NCBI GenBank assembly: GCA_964016885.1
Contig: OZ024741.1
Span: forward strand, 152,706,001-152,770,000
DNA from: Eledone cirrhosa
Taxonomy: Eukaryota
Direction: 5' to 3'
DNA length: 64,000 bases
Shown one piece after another: positions 59,027 through 64,000 of the stretch. Numbering within the stretch: the first letter of the stretch is position 1; each line of letters opens with the position of its first letter. Position numbers and translations under genes: made by a program. The notes beneath the pieces were generated by a model. The model did not search any database. It was given only the letters and a program-made list of their open reading frames with translations, and was not told where the DNA came from.

Positions 59027-59483
59027 TGCTACTGTACGTCTGTATACATATATGTATGTACGTATACACACATACTTACATTTAAGTAAGTGCCGTACTA
59101 AGAGTGAGAAATGAAATTTCGTTTTCATTTTGTTTCAACTTATCGTTTTCGGTATGCCTGACCGACTTAGTTCACTCGATATGCAAATTAGGCTGCTCAG
59201 CCGTTAATTTTCATAAGGAAAGTATATACTTTCGAACGTTCAACTATCTGGCAGATGGGTATACAGTGCTGATGATAGCTAACAAGCTTGAAACTAGTAC
59301 ATCGTTCCTGTGTCAGTGTTGAACAAAAAGGTGACGTGGTTGCCTTAACACCGTACGGCATAAAAATTCAGGCTGTTCAGTTTGTTTACAAACGAACAAA
59401 GCGGCGTTATAATAAGCGTCCGCTAAACTGATACGTGCATATATGTATGTGTACCTGTATGTATATATGTATGTGTGTATATA

Positions 59484-59594
<111 letters not shown>

Positions 59595-59709
59595 GCATGC
59601 TACTGTACGTCTGTATACATATATGTATGTACGTATACACACATACTTACATTTAAGTAAGTGCCGTACTAAGAGTGAGAAATGAAATTTCGTTTTCATT
59701 TTATTTCAA

Positions 59710-59765
<56 letters not shown>

Positions 59766-59766
59766 T

Positions 59767-59915
<149 letters not shown>

Positions 59916-60057
59916 ATATATATATATATATATATATATATAAGTTGAAATAAAATGAAAACTAAATTTCATTTCTCACTCTTAGTACGGCACTTACTTA
60001 AATGTAAGTATGTGTGTATACGTACATACATATATGTATACAGACGTACAGTATATA

Positions 60058-60162
<105 letters not shown>

Positions 60163-60277
60163 GCATGCTACTGTACGTCTGTATACATATATGTATGTAC
60201 GTATACACACATACTTACATTTAAGTAAGTGCCGTACTAAGAGTGAGAAATGAAATTTCGTTTTCATTTTATTTCAA

Positions 60278-60327
<50 letters not shown>

Positions 60328-60334
60328 CATATAT

Positions 60335-60483
<149 letters not shown>

Positions 60484-60625
60484 ATATATATATATATATA
60501 TATATATATAAGTTGAAATAAAATGAAAACTAAATTTCATTTCTCACTCTTAGTACGGCACTTACTTAAATGTAAGTATGTGTGTATACGTACATACATA
60601 TATGTATACAGACGTACAGTATATA

Positions 60626-60705
<80 letters not shown>

Positions 60706-61143
60706 GTATATTAGAAAGTTTTCGCCACGCAAGCTTTTTTAAGCCTATCAAATAATAGACGTTACACCGCCCAGTCTGTCTTCCTGTATCACCCCTTCCT
60801 ACCTTTTCTATGACACCCCGTCATTTCGCTTTGCCTGTACGTTGGACTGTAGTCCATATATATTTTCTATTTCTCTCCTTTGACTAAGCTACTAGGCACT
60901 GTTTCCATCTCTCTCTTCCTTTTCAGTTGAAGTCATTTACTTTGTAGCATTTTTGCTTTTTGTTTTCGTCTTAATGTCTGTAATTCGTCGAAAGACATAA
61001 CACATCCTGTCTCTACCTGTTTTGTTGTGTCACAATGTATACTGAAATGAATAGTACCATGCTTGATATACTGTAACTATAGAGATTTCCAGAGGCTGAC
61101 TGAAGAGAAAGTACTGTCCGTTCCTGTGCGCCCATCTGTTTTG

Positions 61144-61264
<121 letters not shown>

Positions 61265-61486
61265 AAAGTATGTGTTCCTACACGTAAATAATACACATAG
61301 GGATACAAGTATAGTCCGACCGTATGCAAGTGTGGTTCAATGGCAAGTTAATAAATTAACAAGCCAGAACATATAAAATCAAGGGAAAGCAAATAAAGAA
61401 AAGATTTCAAAAAATTCAGCGTACTTAGAGGATCTCTTTCTTTATTTGCGAGGATCTTTTTCTTTATTTACTTTCCCTTGATTTTA

Positions 61487-61519
<33 letters not shown>

Positions 61520-64000
61520 TTCGTTTCTGAATTTGTTTAGCAAGATTCTTTATCTGAAATCGTGTGTTGAAACCGATATTGTTATACTTTGGCAGGGTCA
61601 TGTTGCCAATAAGAAACACACGCACCAGTTGCTTTCACTTCAATTTATTATATATTTATAAATTTATAAATTTACAAATCTACAAACTTACAAATTATAA
61701 ATTTCTGGTTGGTTGGTTGGTTCCACAACCAGATAGTTGTTTATATATAGTCATAGTCCTTTCTTCACACACTCTGTGACCTCTTCAGTGACTGGGGATT
61801 CCTTTCTTTGTTTCTGTGTGTGTGTTGTGTGTTCAGTTTGCGCATGCGCCACATCCGGGTGTCTGTGTGTGTTTGTGTTCATTTATCTATTTGTTTATTT
61901 ATTTACATGTTGTTGGTTGGTTGTTTGTTCTATGTGTGTGTGTGTTTTCATTTTGTCCTTAATTGTAAGTTGTGATGTTGCTGTTCCACTCATATTTTCT
62001 ATTTAATTTGGTTGTAATTCTTTTATGCTTACTGCCTCTGTAATTTGCCTAAACATTGCATCTTTTCTGTGTGTGGATTCTATTTTTATTTCTATGTTCT
62101 CTAATTTACCCTTGTGTTCTATCTTAGCATGTTGGTAGAGTACAGATGATTCTTTATTATCTTGAAGGTCTCGCCAGTGTTCATTTATCCGTTCCACTAT
62201 ACTACGAGCTGTCTCACCTATGTACACTATATTTTTGTTTCTACATTGTCCTTCAGTACATCTTATGCTATACACTACATTTCTAGTTTTACAGTTAATA
62301 TGGGGGCTTATTTTACAGGTTATACATTTCTTATCTATACATGAGGGTCTTTGGAACGGGTATGTCTTGCTAATGAGTGTTTTTATGGAGGTACCTGGTC
62401 TTTCTACTATCTTAATATTGAGTTTATGTTTATTTAGAGGCCCTTCTAAATTTGTAGGCTAGTTCGCCTCTAGGGGTTGTATTGATGAACATTACACTCT
62501 GGTATTTATTGCTATCATACCATGAGTTTATTCTATTGGCCTTGTTCCTAGTTCTTTCTATTCTATTCCAAAATTTGCTCCTATACAAGGGGCAGGTCCC
62601 ATTTATGTCATTATTTACCATTTTTTCCCATTTGGTTCTGGCTCCTCTATACACTCTGATTCTATCTCTCTGATTGTAGCCAGAGAACTGCATACGGTGG
62701 ATGAAGTGTTGTATGTGTCTCTCTAGTTCTTCGGGGTTGCACATGCGGGACACATTTCTCATCACCCGTACCAAATCCGCAATCAGTATGTTGATTTTGG
62801 TATGGTCCGAAATGGCCGAGTTTCGGTGGATCAGATGTTTGGAAGTCATGGGTTTGGCATAATGGGAATGGAGGATTTGTTTTTGGTTGTTAATGGTATC
62901 TAACCAGAGCTATGTGTCTAGTACAGGTAATCGATGGTTGGGGTGTCTACTTGGGTAGTCTATAGTAACTCTAATGCTCTGGTGGATGGAGTTTGCTATT
63001 TGCTGGATGCTTTCCATTGTGTTTTTCTCTAGTTCCTGACTGTTCTCTAGTGGGGGTGTCTTAACTACGATGTTTATATCATCTACGTAGCGGGAGAACA
63101 TTATCAGGGTTAAGCTGTCTTCTAATTGTTCTTTAAGTTTAAGTTTAAGTCTACTGTCCCACCATACCATGAATAAGTTAGCTATGTCGCCTGCAATGCT
63201 AACACCAATGGCTGCTCCTTCCTCTTGGGCATATGTTTTTCCATTAAATTTGAACATATGTTCCTTAAGGGTTAATTTTATGCTGGCCCCTACCGCATGT
63301 GCAATCATTTTCTTCAGTTCATCGTGGTTTTCGGGTGTCCGTATGGCTCTGGTCCACCCGTTCCATCTATCTGTGTGGGTTTTCTTGGCCATATAGGTAA
63401 TGGTAGGTGGTCTGCCTCTTGCTGGTCTTGTAGGGCACAGGTTGCTAAGGTCATAAGTGTCTAGGTAACTATTACTATGGGTAAGCTTAAGTAGAAGTCC
63501 CAGCTCACTGGTATCAATCCCACGGAACTCAACCTTGCTCTCGCTGATCATTTCTACGCATTTCTCCACAGCAAAATCCACGTCAATAGATGGATACAGG
63601 GACACAACATCCATACTGCCTATTATGCAGTTTGTTAGGTCCCCAGATCGGTTACTCACGCCGATTCTGCTGAGGAGGTCCTCCGTGCTGTCACATACAT
63701 CTGGGGACATCTCAATGATGGGTCGTATGATCAGGGAGAGGAAGTAGGACAGTCTGTAGTTACTAGCAATGTTAGCTCCACAGACTGGCCGTGTTGGTGG
63801 TCCCGCGACAGGGTCACAGCCCGTTTTATGGTCTTTTCGAAGCCCATACAACGCCGGCACGTCATTGTTCCAGGCCTGGAAGTTGTTGGCAGTCCTTTTG
63901 TTGGGCTGCATTATATTCGTCCACATCACCATATGGGCATTGAGGGCTTTTTCTCTATCCTCATGCTCCTGTGGTGTTACCTCTCTTGTGTTAGTGATGT
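61520..64000 (-). mobile_element. Penelope-like element (RT + GIY-YIG), disrupted, runs off window end
   Basis: PTRPVCGA, GSMDVVSLYPSI, GAAIGVSIAG, FSRYVDDI; in-frame TAG at 62910-62912; frameshift ~62445; YIGETARS. Hammerhead 61749-61793(-) has a stem II mismatch. Confidence 0.92.

Noticed and set aside
61010-61137. Possible minus-strand exon (cag|ATGGGC...ACAG|gtagag)
   Set aside because: No polypyrimidine tract, no recognisable protein, and no partner exons; cannot be supported without RNA-seq.
62910-62912. In-frame stop in PLE as possible recoding (selenocysteine/readthrough)
   Set aside because: The codon is TAG, not TGA, and the same copy has additional frameshifts; ordinary decay.

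Overview
This is eukaryotic, microsatellite-rich non-genic DNA. The SINE/LINE content and the (TA)n/(CA)n/(ATAC)n density suggest a cephalopod, Octopus-like genome (inference). I recognise no host protein-coding gene, rRNA, tRNA gene or CRISPR array, and nearly all short ORFs are microsatellite artefacts. The window is a mosaic of mobile elements. (1) Three large Penelope-like elements (PLEs; RT + C-terminal GIY-YIG) at 17139-21851, 40478-44473 and 61520->64000, plus many PLE 3' fragments. (2) R4/Dong-like RLE retrotransposons sitting in (ATAC)n or (TAA)n tracts. (3) CRE-, HERO-, RTE- and L1/Tx1-like fragments, Helitron remnants, and tRNA-derived and RTE-derived SINEs. (4) A 3.9-kb palindromic 64-bp/51-bp minisatellite. 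The most notable unannotated signal is RNA structure: about 15 minimal type-I hammerhead ribozyme motifs read by eye. They include two apparently unrelated non-coding tandem-monomer families (348 bp and 420/571 bp; retrozyme-like). Both families carry an ATGCAAAT octamer 88-93 nt upstream of the hammerhead core, reminiscent of the snRNA-type promoter of newt satellite 2. Recurrent fold-back palindromes abut (TA)n tracts, and one is centred on a hammerhead stem II. All family assignments come from motif recognition, not database searches.
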